Source: Halalkalibacterium halodurans (lineage in GTDB: Bacteria > Bacillota > Bacilli > Bacillales > Bacillaceae_D). From it: a stretch of 13,321 bases of DNA. Under the pieces are notes generated by a model. The model did no database searches. It had not been told where the DNA came from and worked only from the letters and a program-made list of their open reading frames with translations. The translations under genes were made by a program, and so were the position numbers. Below, in pieces: positions 1 through 5,898 of the stretch (within the stretch, counting starts at the first letter, position 1; every line of letters starts with the position of its first letter). The DNA is taken from positions 1-13,321 of the forward strand of contig NZ_SNUY01000084.1 in assembly GCF_004376175.1 (NCBI RefSeq). Reading direction: 5' to 3'.

Positions 1-410
1 AGTTCATGTACTTTATCTAAAAGTTCTTGGTTAGCGTGATGTAATTGTTCAATGGACTCATGATCAAATCGTGTATAAAAGCGAGATAAACTTGGTTGAG
101 AAGCTAAGGAGTCAGTCCCAATCATTTGGGTGAAAACAGGATCATTCGTCAATTGATCGGCCGCATCATCCTCAGCATAACCAGCGATGAGTTGATAAAT
201 CTTTTGACGAAAGAGATTTTCATTCGAATGAAGATAGTATTTTCTCTCGTCATTCAAATGCAGGTGTTGAACAAGAGTCTCAGAGAATCCGATTTTTTCA
301 TCAAACTCTCGAAAAACGAATTCACCTGTATCAGAAGAAAGAGAGCCTCCATCAGTTGACAATTTAATTTGACGATTGAAATCTAGTGTTAGTTGCGGTA
401 AAGTAGCCAT
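1..410 (-). CDS. DDE transposase, IS1380-family-like; 5' part only, gene runs off the left window edge
   Basis: Manual reverse-complement translation from the ATG at 410 gives an uninterrupted 136-codon frame to position 1: MATLPQLTLDFNRQIKLSTDGGSLSSDTGEFVFREFDEKIGFSETLVQHL...LIAGYAEDDAADQLTNDPVFTQMIGTDSLASQPSLSRFYTRFDHESIEQL... I recognise this N-terminal pattern (DGG..SSD.G...REFDEK.G; AGY.ED..D...L..DP; S.stLSRF) from IS1380/IS4-type transposases. It is absent from the ORF track because it has no stop inside the window. Confidence 0.7.
   Translation of the reverse strand, partial: MATLPQLTLDFNRQIKLSTDGGSLSSDTGEFVFREFDEKIGFSETLVQHLHLNDERKYYLHSNENLFRQKIYQLIAGYAEDDAADQLTNDPVFTQMIGTDSLASQPSLSRFYTRFDHESIEQLHHANQELLDKVHE
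1..410 (-). mobile_element. Partial insertion sequence (IS1380-like); the terminus lies somewhere right of 410 but cannot be placed
   Basis: Transposase 5' end as above. The terminal inverted repeat cannot be identified without the other IS end, so only the coding part is annotated. Confidence 0.55.
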
Positions 411-592
411 TATAAGAATCCTTTCTGTGGTTATTTCGTAGTTGCTTTAACCATATCAGAAATGGATTCTTTTTTCATTTATTTGATGCATGGACCATTT
501 AGCTCAATTACTTGATAGATAAGCATTATTTGGTTATCAAAGATTTTTTATGAATAATTCAGGATTAATTTATATGTACGTACAATTTCCCC

Positions 593-622
593 TTGCATAC
601 ACAAGGAAAAGTGGGTTATACT
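593..622 (+). promoter_or_regulatory. Candidate sigma-A promoter with no ORF downstream
   Basis: TTGCAT (593-598), 18-nt spacer, TATACT (617-622). Nothing coding follows before the hairpin/T-tract at 665-714. Confidence 0.35.
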
Positions 623-664
623 ATCCATATAAATTTTATATTAAAGGGATGACCGTCCCGAACC

Positions 665-714
665 AAAACCACCTGTTTAAATCAGCTACCAACTGAAGGT
701 GGTTTTTTCTTTTC
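665..714 (+). terminator. Rho-independent-type terminator (orphan)
   Basis: AAAACCACCT (665-674) pairs perfectly with AGGTGGTTTT (697-706) and is followed by TTCTTTTC. The loop is long (22 nt), so this is not a textbook terminator. Confidence 0.45.
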
Positions 715-793
715 TATTTGTAGAAAATTGTATCACTATCACGTAACTTCCACAATACGCAGATTACTAGAAAAAAAGAAACCCTCACCGCAT

Positions 794-826
794 GAAAAAA
801 ACCCCCTTGATTTTTCATCAAAGAGG
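794..826 (-). terminator. Rho-independent terminator of the antitoxin-doc operon
   Basis: The minus-strand RNA reads CCUCUUUGAU-GAAAA-AUCAAGGGGG, a 10-bp stem with two G-U pairs, followed by UUUUUUU. The 5' arm overlaps the doc stop codon. Confidence 0.7.
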
Positions 827-1219
827 TTGGATATGCTCCTGAAGCTCTGCCACAAGATAATGAATGCAATCATTATCCGTAAACTTATCATCATCAGCTA
901 GATACACCGTATAATCCTCGGCTTCCTGCTCCGACAACGTCAACTCATACCCATTCACATTCAGGAATGTTTCAAACACTGTAAGAGCCGTTCTCTTATT
1001 CCCATTATGAAAGATATGACCCCTCGCTATCGAATGATAATAGCAACACGCCTTTTCAATCAGGGAAGGATACTGCTCTTCATCAAAATACTCACTCTTC
1101 GGTCGTTCCAACATATACTCAAACTTGTCGGGGAATTTTATTCCAGCATCTTCTCCTTCTCCATACAACTCCATTAACGTATAATGAATAACCATTATTT
1201 CTTCCCCTGTTAGATACAC
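818..1219 (-). CDS. doc: Type II toxin, death-on-curing (Doc, Fic-fold kinase family)
   Basis: 133 aa with the Doc-type Fic motif HIFHNGNKRTA (HxFxNGNKR), the N-terminal YLTGEEIMVIH typical of Doc, and the expected size. GTG start at 1219, 33 nt downstream of the antitoxin stop. Confidence 0.9.
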   Translation of the reverse strand: MYLTGEEIMVIHYTLMELYGEGEDAGIKFPDKFEYMLERPKSEYFDEEQYPSLIEKACCYYHSIARGHIFHNGNKRTALTVFETFLNVNGYELTLSEQEAEDYTVYLADDDKFTDNDCIHYLVAELQEHIQPL

Positions 1220-1251
1220 AATGTCAATCGGTAACTCCCCCTTATTCTTCT

Positions 1252-1542
1252 CTATCTATCCCGAAGGTTTCGAAGGGCATTGTCATACTTGCCGATCGCT
1301 CGGTTCATCGCTTGTAAGACTTCTGGCCGAACTCCATTCGGAATAGAACGATTAACTTTTTTCATGACAATCTCGCCCCTTTCTTCATCAAAGCTCACTT
1401 CAATCTCATCACCTTTATTCATCTGCAACGCCTTTGTTATATCCTTCGGTATCCCAACAGATAAACTGTTCCCAACTTGATTAATACGTCGAGTATAGCG
1501 TTTCTCCTTTTTTTCCAACATCTCCACGCTCATTTCCATCAT
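1252..1542 (-). CDS. AbrB/MazE/SpoVT-fold antitoxin, partner of Doc
   Basis: 96 aa. RRINQVGNSLSVGIPKDITKALQMNKGDEIEV is a SpoVT-AbrB swapped-hairpin motif, and the gene sits immediately upstream of doc on the same strand. AGGAG lies 3/6/12 nt from three in-frame ATGs, so the true start is probably the ATG at 1539 rather than 1542. Confidence 0.85.
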   Translation of the reverse strand: MMEMSVEMLEKKEKRYTRRINQVGNSLSVGIPKDITKALQMNKGDEIEVSFDEERGEIVMKKVNRSIPNGVRPEVLQAMNRAIGKYDNALRNLRDR

Positions 1543-1560
1543 AATCTCCTTTCAGTATCA

Positions 1561-1623
1561 ACGGAAAGGGCAATTTTTATACCTTTTCCGTATATATAAT
1601 TATGATTGTATAAACAATTATAA
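1561..1623. repeat. Two inverted repeats in the TA promoter/leader (probable autoregulatory operators)
   Basis: IR1 is ACGGAAAGGG (1561-1570) / CCTTTTCCGT (1582-1591), 9/10 complementary, and lies in the leader. IR2 is TTATGATTGT (1600-1609) / ACAATTATAA (1614-1623), 9/10, and overlaps the -10. Confidence 0.5.
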
Positions 1624-1644
1624 CACTCATTCCCATAAAAACAA
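1617..1644 (-). promoter_or_regulatory. Sigma-A promoter of the antitoxin-doc operon
   Basis: The minus strand reads TTGTTT (1644-1639), a 16-nt spacer, then an extended -10 TGtTATAAT (-10 hexamer at 1622-1617). Confidence 0.5.
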
Positions 1645-1650
1645 GTTGCG

Positions 1651-1679
1651 AAACAACAAAAAGGGGCTTTATAAGCCCC
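1651..1679 (-). terminator. Rho-independent terminator of the recombinase gene
   Basis: The minus-strand RNA reads GGGGCUU-AUA-AAGCCCC, a 7-bp perfect stem, followed by UUUUUGUUGUUU. The stop codon lies in the loop. Confidence 0.7.
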
Positions 1680-2220
1680 CGAAACTATCATACGCCTTCA
1701 TAATATTATCTTGGTTCAATCCTATGTACCTCATTGTCTCGGAAGGATGCCGATGATTAAAAATCTGTTGCACCACCGCCACATCTTTTGTCCGCTGATA
1801 AAAATGATAACCGAATGTTTTTCGCAAGGTATGAGTTCCGATTTCTTCAAGCCCCACCTTCTTCGCCACCCCATTCAAAATACGGTACGCCTGAATACGA
1901 CTAATCGGCTTATTGGTTCTCGTACTTTTGAAAAGATACTGGTTCGGCTTCAATCGCAACTCCATACAATATTTTTCAATCTCTCTTTGCAACACAGGGA
2001 GAATAACAACCCTTCTCGTCTTCCCTGTTTTCTGTTCCTTCACTCTCACAAAATCTTTGTCCAGTACATCCTTCACCTTCAACGGTAAAATATCGGATAT
2101 TCTCAAACCTGAATTAATCCCGAATACAAACAAAAAATAATCTCGATACGAACGCCGAAGCAAATGCCCTTTAATTTCCTGTACCTTTTCCAAGTCTCGA
2201 ATTGGTTGAACGGTATTCAA
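1669..2220 (-). CDS. Short tyrosine recombinase/integrase, catalytic domain only (183 aa)
   Basis: The catalytic signature is visible: GLRISD (Arg I), HTLRKTF (His-x-x-Arg II), NHRHPSETMRYIG (His/Tyr nucleophile). There is no N-terminal core-binding or arm-binding domain. TTG start preceded by GGGGGGA. Confidence 0.88.
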   Translation of the reverse strand: MNTVQPIRDLEKVQEIKGHLLRRSYRDYFLFVFGINSGLRISDILPLKVKDVLDKDFVRVKEQKTGKTRRVVILPVLQREIEKYCMELRLKPNQYLFKSTRTNKPISRIQAYRILNGVAKKVGLEEIGTHTLRKTFGYHFYQRTKDVAVVQQIFNHRHPSETMRYIGLNQDNIMKAYDSFGGL

Positions 2221-2234
2221 TTTTATCCCCCCAT

Positions 2235-2357
2235 TTTGTTACATATGATGAACATTTCTCGCAAAAATGTTACATCACGAAAGCATTATACCTTCTCATT
2301 ACTTGATAAATCAACGGTTATCCCCCCCTTATGTAACAAAGGCACGACTTTGTTACC
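2235..2357. repeat. Four copies of a TTTGTTACAT-type motif around the recombinase promoter, including a 9-6-9 core-site-like palindrome
   Basis: TTTGTTACAT 2235-2244; aaTGTTACAT 2266-2275; ATGTAACAAA 2331-2340 (inverted); CTTTGTTAC 2348-2356. GTAACAAAG (2333-2341)-gcacga-CTTTGTTAC (2348-2356) is a perfect 9-bp inverted repeat with a 6-bp spacer. Confidence 0.6.
2285..2314 (-). promoter_or_regulatory. Sigma-A promoter of the recombinase gene
   Basis: The minus strand reads TTGATT (2314-2309), an 18-nt spacer, then TATAAT (2290-2285). The -35 sits in the small palindrome TTGATTTATCAA. Confidence 0.5.
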
Positions 2358-2371
2358 TTATTTTTACCCAT

Positions 2372-2403
2372 AAAAAAAGACCCCACCGAAAAAAACGGCA
2401 GGG
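2372..2403 (-). terminator. Rho-independent terminator downstream of the amidase remnant
   Basis: The minus-strand RNA reads CCCUGCCG-UUUUUUU-CGGUGGGG, an 8-bp stem with two G-U pairs, followed by UCUUUUUUUA. Confidence 0.6.
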
Positions 2404-2443
2404 TACTTTAAAAGGGTATCCCATTTTTGGTACACCCTTTTTG

Positions 2444-2968
2444 TTATACTTTTTCAATTTCGATTTTCTGACTGCTGCTTAAATTCACATCCACCGCATT
2501 CAAGATGTTCTGTGTTTCCGCAAACGCCCCAATCTGTTTCCCATCCACTATCACTCGATAAAGGTCGGGCTTCGTCTCTCTCTTTTTCTTCTTCAATCCC
2601 AACGTCTTCTCCAATCCCAACACATGAGCTTCCGCAATTCGTCTCAAAAAGGCTTTGCTCTTTAACAATTTCGCATCCGCTTTATGGTCAACAAATAAAT
2701 TCTCCGTCAAGATCGCTGACATCCTCGTTTCTCTCAATACCGCAAAATTCGCTCTTTTCTTTCCTCTATCTCGAACCCCTAAATGATTCACTATCGCATG
2801 GTGCATCGAGTTCTGATACGCAACCGTTCTCTGTCCTACATTCCCATTAAAAATAAAGGACTCAAACCCCGTACCCCCTCCCGCATTACAATGAACCGAC
2901 ACAAAATAGTCAGCCTTCCACTCATTCGCCATCCTTGCTCTTTCCGTCAACACAGCAGTCGGCTCTCT
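2444..2968 (-). pseudogene. N-acetylmuramoyl-L-alanine amidase (Amidase_3, CwlC/phage-lysin type), N-terminally truncated
   Basis: LTERARMANEWKADYFVSVHCNAGGGTGFESFIF...RDRGKKRANFAVLRETRMSAILTENLFVDHKAD aligns from memory with B. subtilis CwlC starting near its residue 60 (LNDRTNAANNWGADFFLSIHVNSGGGTGFESYIY...RGKKTANFHVLRES.MPALLTENGFID). The DPGHGG/Glu zinc-ligand segment is missing. The upstream 60 codons of track ORF 2444..3148 are Ser/Ala-rich antisense of a plus-strand remnant. Confidence 0.8.
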
Positions 2969-2969
2969 T

Positions 2970-3116
2970 ATGCTTGATGAAAGTGTCGAAGAAGAGCGAG
3001 TCGAAGCTCTTGCTGAGAGCTTTGCCGAAGAAATTAAGGCGGCACACGAAGACAAAGCAGCTAATGTACAAGTTGTACAAAACAGTGAAATCGTAGCAGA
3101 TATTACGATTGAATAA
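2970..3116 (+). pseudogene. 3'-terminal stump (about 48 codons) of an unidentified plus-strand gene
   Basis: The frame ending at TAA 3114-3116 reads MLDESVEEERVEALAESFAEEIKAAHEDKAANVQVVQNSEIVADITIE. There is no RBS before the ATG at 2970, a good terminator follows immediately, and upstream of about 2965 the same DNA encodes the amidase on the other strand. Confidence 0.5.
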
Positions 3117-3120
3117 GGTA

Positions 3121-3159
3121 GAATGCGATGAGCAAAGGCTTGTCGCATTTCTTTTTTTA
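3121..3159 (+). terminator. Rho-independent terminator of the truncated upstream gene
   Basis: AATGCGA (3122-3128) pairs with TCGCATT (3143-3149), with extra inner pairs, and is followed by TCTTTTTTTA. Confidence 0.7.
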
Positions 3160-3177
3160 TTATTTGAAAATTTATTA

Positions 3178-3206
3178 TTGAAATTGTTTACGCTTACATT
3201 TATAAT
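3178..3206 (+). promoter_or_regulatory. Sigma-A promoter of the LacI-TRAP operon
   Basis: TTGAAA (3178-3183), exactly 17 nt, TATAAT (3201-3206). Confidence 0.65.
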
Positions 3207-3211
3207 ACAGA

Positions 3212-3249
3212 TAAATCGATTTAGTAAACCGGTTTAGTAAATCGATTTA
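3212..3249. promoter_or_regulatory. Three abutting 12-bp palindromic operator candidates
   Basis: TAAATCGATTTA (3212-3223), TAAACCGGTTTA (3225-3236) and TAAATCGATTTA (3238-3249) have 13-bp phasing. They sit directly after the -10 and 27 nt before the regulator start codon, and each has the central CG typical of LacI/GalR operators. Confidence 0.6.
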
Positions 3250-3275
3250 GAAGGTAGCTTTATAAAGGAGTTTTC

Positions 3276-4277
3276 ATGAAAAAGGTTACGATGGTGGATG
3301 TCGCCAAAGAAGCGAATGTATCCAAAAGCACAGTCTCTCAGTACATTAACAAACGTTATGACTATATGAGTGTAGAGACGAAAAAGAGAATTAAAGAAGC
3401 GATCGAAAAACTTGGGTATCAGCCGAACTACATAGCTAAAAGCCTTAAGCAGAAGAAGACATCAACAATCGGTGTCATTGTCGCAAATATTCTTCATTCC
3501 TTTTCTACTCAAGTCATCCGAGCCGTTGAAGATTACTGCCATGAACATGATTTTCATGTCATTGTTTGTAATGCTGATGATGATCCTGAAAAGGAAAAGA
3601 AGTATGTCGAGATGTTGCAAGCTAAGCAAGTAGACGGGTTAATTGTTTTCCCAACTGGAGGCAATGTCGAGCTTTTTCAGCAGATGGTCGAGCAAAATTT
3701 CCCGCTTGTGTTTGTAGATAGAAGAATTGAAGGCTTAGACGTACCTAGTATTCTACTCGACAACAAAAAAGCAATAACTCTTGCAGTAGAACATTTGCTT
3801 GAGAGGAACTATAAACGGATTGGCATTATTACACCTTCCTTAATTCGTAAGATTACACCTCGTATCGAACGGGTTCAAGGCTATAAGGATGCCTTAGAAA
3901 AACACGGATTAGAACTAAATGAACAATACATGAAAAGTGTAGATGTTCCTCTTATGAAAGATACAGTAAAAGAGATGTTAGAACTTCCTGAGCCTCCTGA
4001 TGCACTATTAGCAGGGAATGATTTAGCGTTGATGGAAGTCTTGAAATTAGTGAAAGAAGAAAGCCTCGATGTTCCTAGTAAGCTAGCAATCGTAGGCGTT
4101 GATGATGTTTCTTTTGCAAGCCTTTTCAATCCTTCGCTGACAACGATTGCACAGCCTGCTTTTGAAATGGGTACAGACGCAGCGGAACGATTATTGAACA
4201 GAATTAAAGGCTCTCCTGTAGAGCACAGCTGTGTAACGTACTATGAACCCGTTCTACGCAAGAGACAATCTAGTTAA
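3276..4277 (+). CDS. LacI/GalR-family transcriptional repressor
   Basis: 333 aa. N-terminal HTH VTMVDVAKEANVSKSTVSQYIN...KRIKEAIEKLGYQPNYIAKSLK, then a periplasmic-binding-protein-like sugar-binding core. RBS AAAGGAG. Confidence 0.92.
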   Translation: MKKVTMVDVAKEANVSKSTVSQYINKRYDYMSVETKKRIKEAIEKLGYQPNYIAKSLKQKKTSTIGVIVANILHSFSTQVIRAVEDYCHEHDFHVIVCNADDDPEKEKKYVEMLQAKQVDGLIVFPTGGNVELFQQMVEQNFPLVFVDRRIEGLDVPSILLDNKKAITLAVEHLLERNYKRIGIITPSLIRKITPRIERVQGYKDALEKHGLELNEQYMKSVDVPLMKDTVKEMLELPEPPDALLAGNDLALMEVLKLVKEESLDVPSKLAIVGVDDVSFASLFNPSLTTIAQPAFEMGTDAAERLLNRIKGSPVEHSCVTYYEPVLRKRQSS

Positions 4278-4302
4278 AACAAAATAAGTAGATGGGAGAG
4301 CG

Positions 4303-5259
4303 ATGATGAGAAAAGATGTTATAACAATTGGCGATGCCATGATTACATTTAATCCAGCAACGACCGGCCCAATGAGGTTTGTCCAAAGCTTTGAGCGAAA
4401 GGTTGGCGGAGCAGAGCTGAACTTTGCTCTAGGATGTGCTCGCCTAGGCTTACAGACGGGCTGGATCTCAAGGCTCGGTGCCGATGAGTTTGGCAGATTT
4501 ATTAAAAATTTTGTACGCGGTGAAGGAATTGACATCTCTGAAGTAGAGCTAGTAGAAGGATGCCCGACTTCACTGAATTTTAAAGAGATTAGAGAAGACG
4601 GCTCAGGAACGACTCATTATTACCGTTATAATTCACCAACCCAAGTCCTGACAGAAGACACGTTAAATGAAGACTATATTAAAAACAGTAAAGTCCTTCA
4701 TGTCACTGGGGTATTCGCAGCGATTGATAAAAAGAATCCAGGCACCTTGCTTGAAGCAGTGAAGCTTGCAAAAAAGCACGGCGTTACGGTTTCATTTGAT
4801 CCAAACTTGCGCTTGAAGCTGTGGACGATTGAAGAAGCGAAAGCTGCTTTTCATTCGATTCTTCCTTATGTAGATATTATCTTATCTGGAGTTGAAGAAG
4901 CAGAACTGCTTTACGGCGAGAAATCAATAGACGAGTATATTGATATTTTCAAAGAATACGGGATTAGAGACATTATCCTGAAACGCGGAGCAGAAGGTTC
5001 AGTCGGCTACCGCGATGGCGAGCTGATTTATGCTGATCCTGTAAAACCTAAAGTGGTCGTCGATACAGTAGGCGCAGGAGATGGATTTAGCGCCGGCTAC
5101 ATTTATTCTTACTTAAATGGAAGCGCTCTCTGTGAATCGCTCGCATTTGCAAACTTAATCGGTTCGATGGTTGTAAGTGTTCAAGGGGATAATGAAGGGC
5201 TGCCTTATCTTGATGATGTGATGGTAAGGCTCGGTAAGAAAGAAGAAGTGGAAAGGTAG
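4303..5259 (+). CDS. PfkB-family sugar-acid kinase, 2-dehydro-3-deoxygluconokinase (KdgK)-like
   Basis: 318 aa. N-terminal GGAELNFALGCARLG, C-terminal VDTVGAGDGFSAGY (PfkB signature 2, the GAGD anion hole), and overall similarity to B. subtilis KdgK as I remember it. The substrate is not assignable from sequence alone. Confidence 0.85.
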   Translation: MMRKDVITIGDAMITFNPATTGPMRFVQSFERKVGGAELNFALGCARLGLQTGWISRLGADEFGRFIKNFVRGEGIDISEVELVEGCPTSLNFKEIREDGSGTTHYYRYNSPTQVLTEDTLNEDYIKNSKVLHVTGVFAAIDKKNPGTLLEAVKLAKKHGVTVSFDPNLRLKLWTIEEAKAAFHSILPYVDIILSGVEEAELLYGEKSIDEYIDIFKEYGIRDIILKRGAEGSVGYRDGELIYADPVKPKVVVDTVGAGDGFSAGYIYSYLNGSALCESLAFANLIGSMVVSVQGDNEGLPYLDDVMVRLGKKEEVER

Positions 5260-5268
5260 GCGGGTAAC

Positions 5269-5898
5269 ATGAAGCTGCAGCTTGCCCTAGATCGTTTAAC
5301 AAAAGAGGAATGCACAGACATTCTTAAAGAAACGCAATCAGCAATTGATTTTATTGAAGTTGGAACGGGCGTGATTAAAGAATACGGCACCTCAATTATA
5401 AAAGAAATGAAGCAGTCGTACCCTAAACACATTATTGTAGCAGATATGAAAACATGTGATGCAGGGAAGGCTGAAGCAGTGCAGGCATTTGAAGCAGGTG
5501 CCGATATCACAACGGTTATGGCATTTGCCCATGATGCGACGATCCGAGACATGGTCGAGGTAGCGAAGAGTTATCAAAAGCGAGTAATGGTTGACCTCTT
5601 AGGGGTCGATAGCAAAGAGAGAATACATGAGCTTAAAGAATTAGGTGTTGATTTAGTTAGTCTCCACATCGGCAAAGATATGCAAGGGGATGGAAAGGCT
5701 GCCACAGCAGAGCTTTTCAGCTTACTTGAAGAGGTAAGAGCGGAGATGGAAGTGTCAGTGGCAGGTGGAATTAATGAAGAATCACTGCCGCAATTCCTTC
5801 AACACTCACCAGATATCTTAATTGTCGGCAGTGCGATCACGAAGGCAGATGATAAAGCCTCTGTTGCCCAGAAAATGAAGGAGATGATTTTAACTTGA
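5269..5898 (+). CDS. hxlA: 3-hexulose-6-phosphate synthase-like / 3-keto-L-gulonate-6-P decarboxylase-fold enzyme (OMPDC suprafamily)
   Basis: 209 aa. MKLQLALD start, IEVGT, the DxKxxD motif ADMKTCD, and LHIGKDMQ. These resemble B. subtilis HxlA (LADMKTMD, VHAGYDLQ) more than E. coli UlaD. The symbol denotes homology only. Confidence 0.8.
   Translation: MKLQLALDRLTKEECTDILKETQSAIDFIEVGTGVIKEYGTSIIKEMKQSYPKHIIVADMKTCDAGKAEAVQAFEAGADITTVMAFAHDATIRDMVEVAKSYQKRVMVDLLGVDSKERIHELKELGVDLVSLHIGKDMQGDGKAATAELFSLLEEVRAEMEVSVAGGINEESLPQFLQHSPDILIVGSAITKADDKASVAQKMKEMILT

Noticed and set aside
126-359. 77-aa plus-strand ORF
   Set aside because: It lies entirely antisense to the transposase reading frame, has no RBS and is Ile/Leu-rich shadow sequence.
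649-696. 15-codon ORF MTVPNQNHLFKSATN inside the orphan transcription unit
   Set aside because: The GGG of the only purine-rich stretch directly abuts the ATG, leaving zero spacing. The ORF runs into the terminator stem, so there is no support for translation.
1280-2140. Plus-strand ORFs 1280..1480, 1711..2088 and 1913..2140
   Set aside because: They are shadow ORFs antisense to the antitoxin and recombinase genes. They have no RBS and odd composition, and the minus-strand genes have clear family motifs.
2245-2330. An 86-bp invertible promoter (inverton) between the 10-bp inverted repeats 2235-2244 and 2331-2340
   Set aside because: It is not rejected outright, but it is downgraded. The segment is very short for recombinase synapsis, and inversion would only point the promoter at a terminator and a pseudogene. 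It is kept as an alternative in the recombination-site finding.
2164-2977. Plus-strand ORFs 2164..2373, 2267..2482, 2512..2850 and 2783..2977
   Set aside because: They cross promoters and terminators of minus-strand genes or lie antisense to the amidase remnant. They lack an RBS and any recognisable motif.
2969-3148. The N-terminal 60 codons of track ORF 2444..3148 (MRQAFAHRILPYSIVISATISLFCTTCTLAALSSCAALISSAKLSARASTRSSSTLSSSI)
   Set aside because: This is low-complexity Ser/Ala/Leu-rich sequence that is the antisense reading of an acidic plus-strand C-terminus and its terminator. It has no RBS and lacks the amidase N-terminal motifs. It is treated as accidental ORF extension across a breakpoint.
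3185-3198. cre-like sequence TGTTTACGCTTACA in the spacer of the operon promoter
   Set aside because: Only the right half (CGCTTACA) fits the cre consensus. The left half has TT where the conserved AA is expected and the site is not palindromic, so it is too weak to call.
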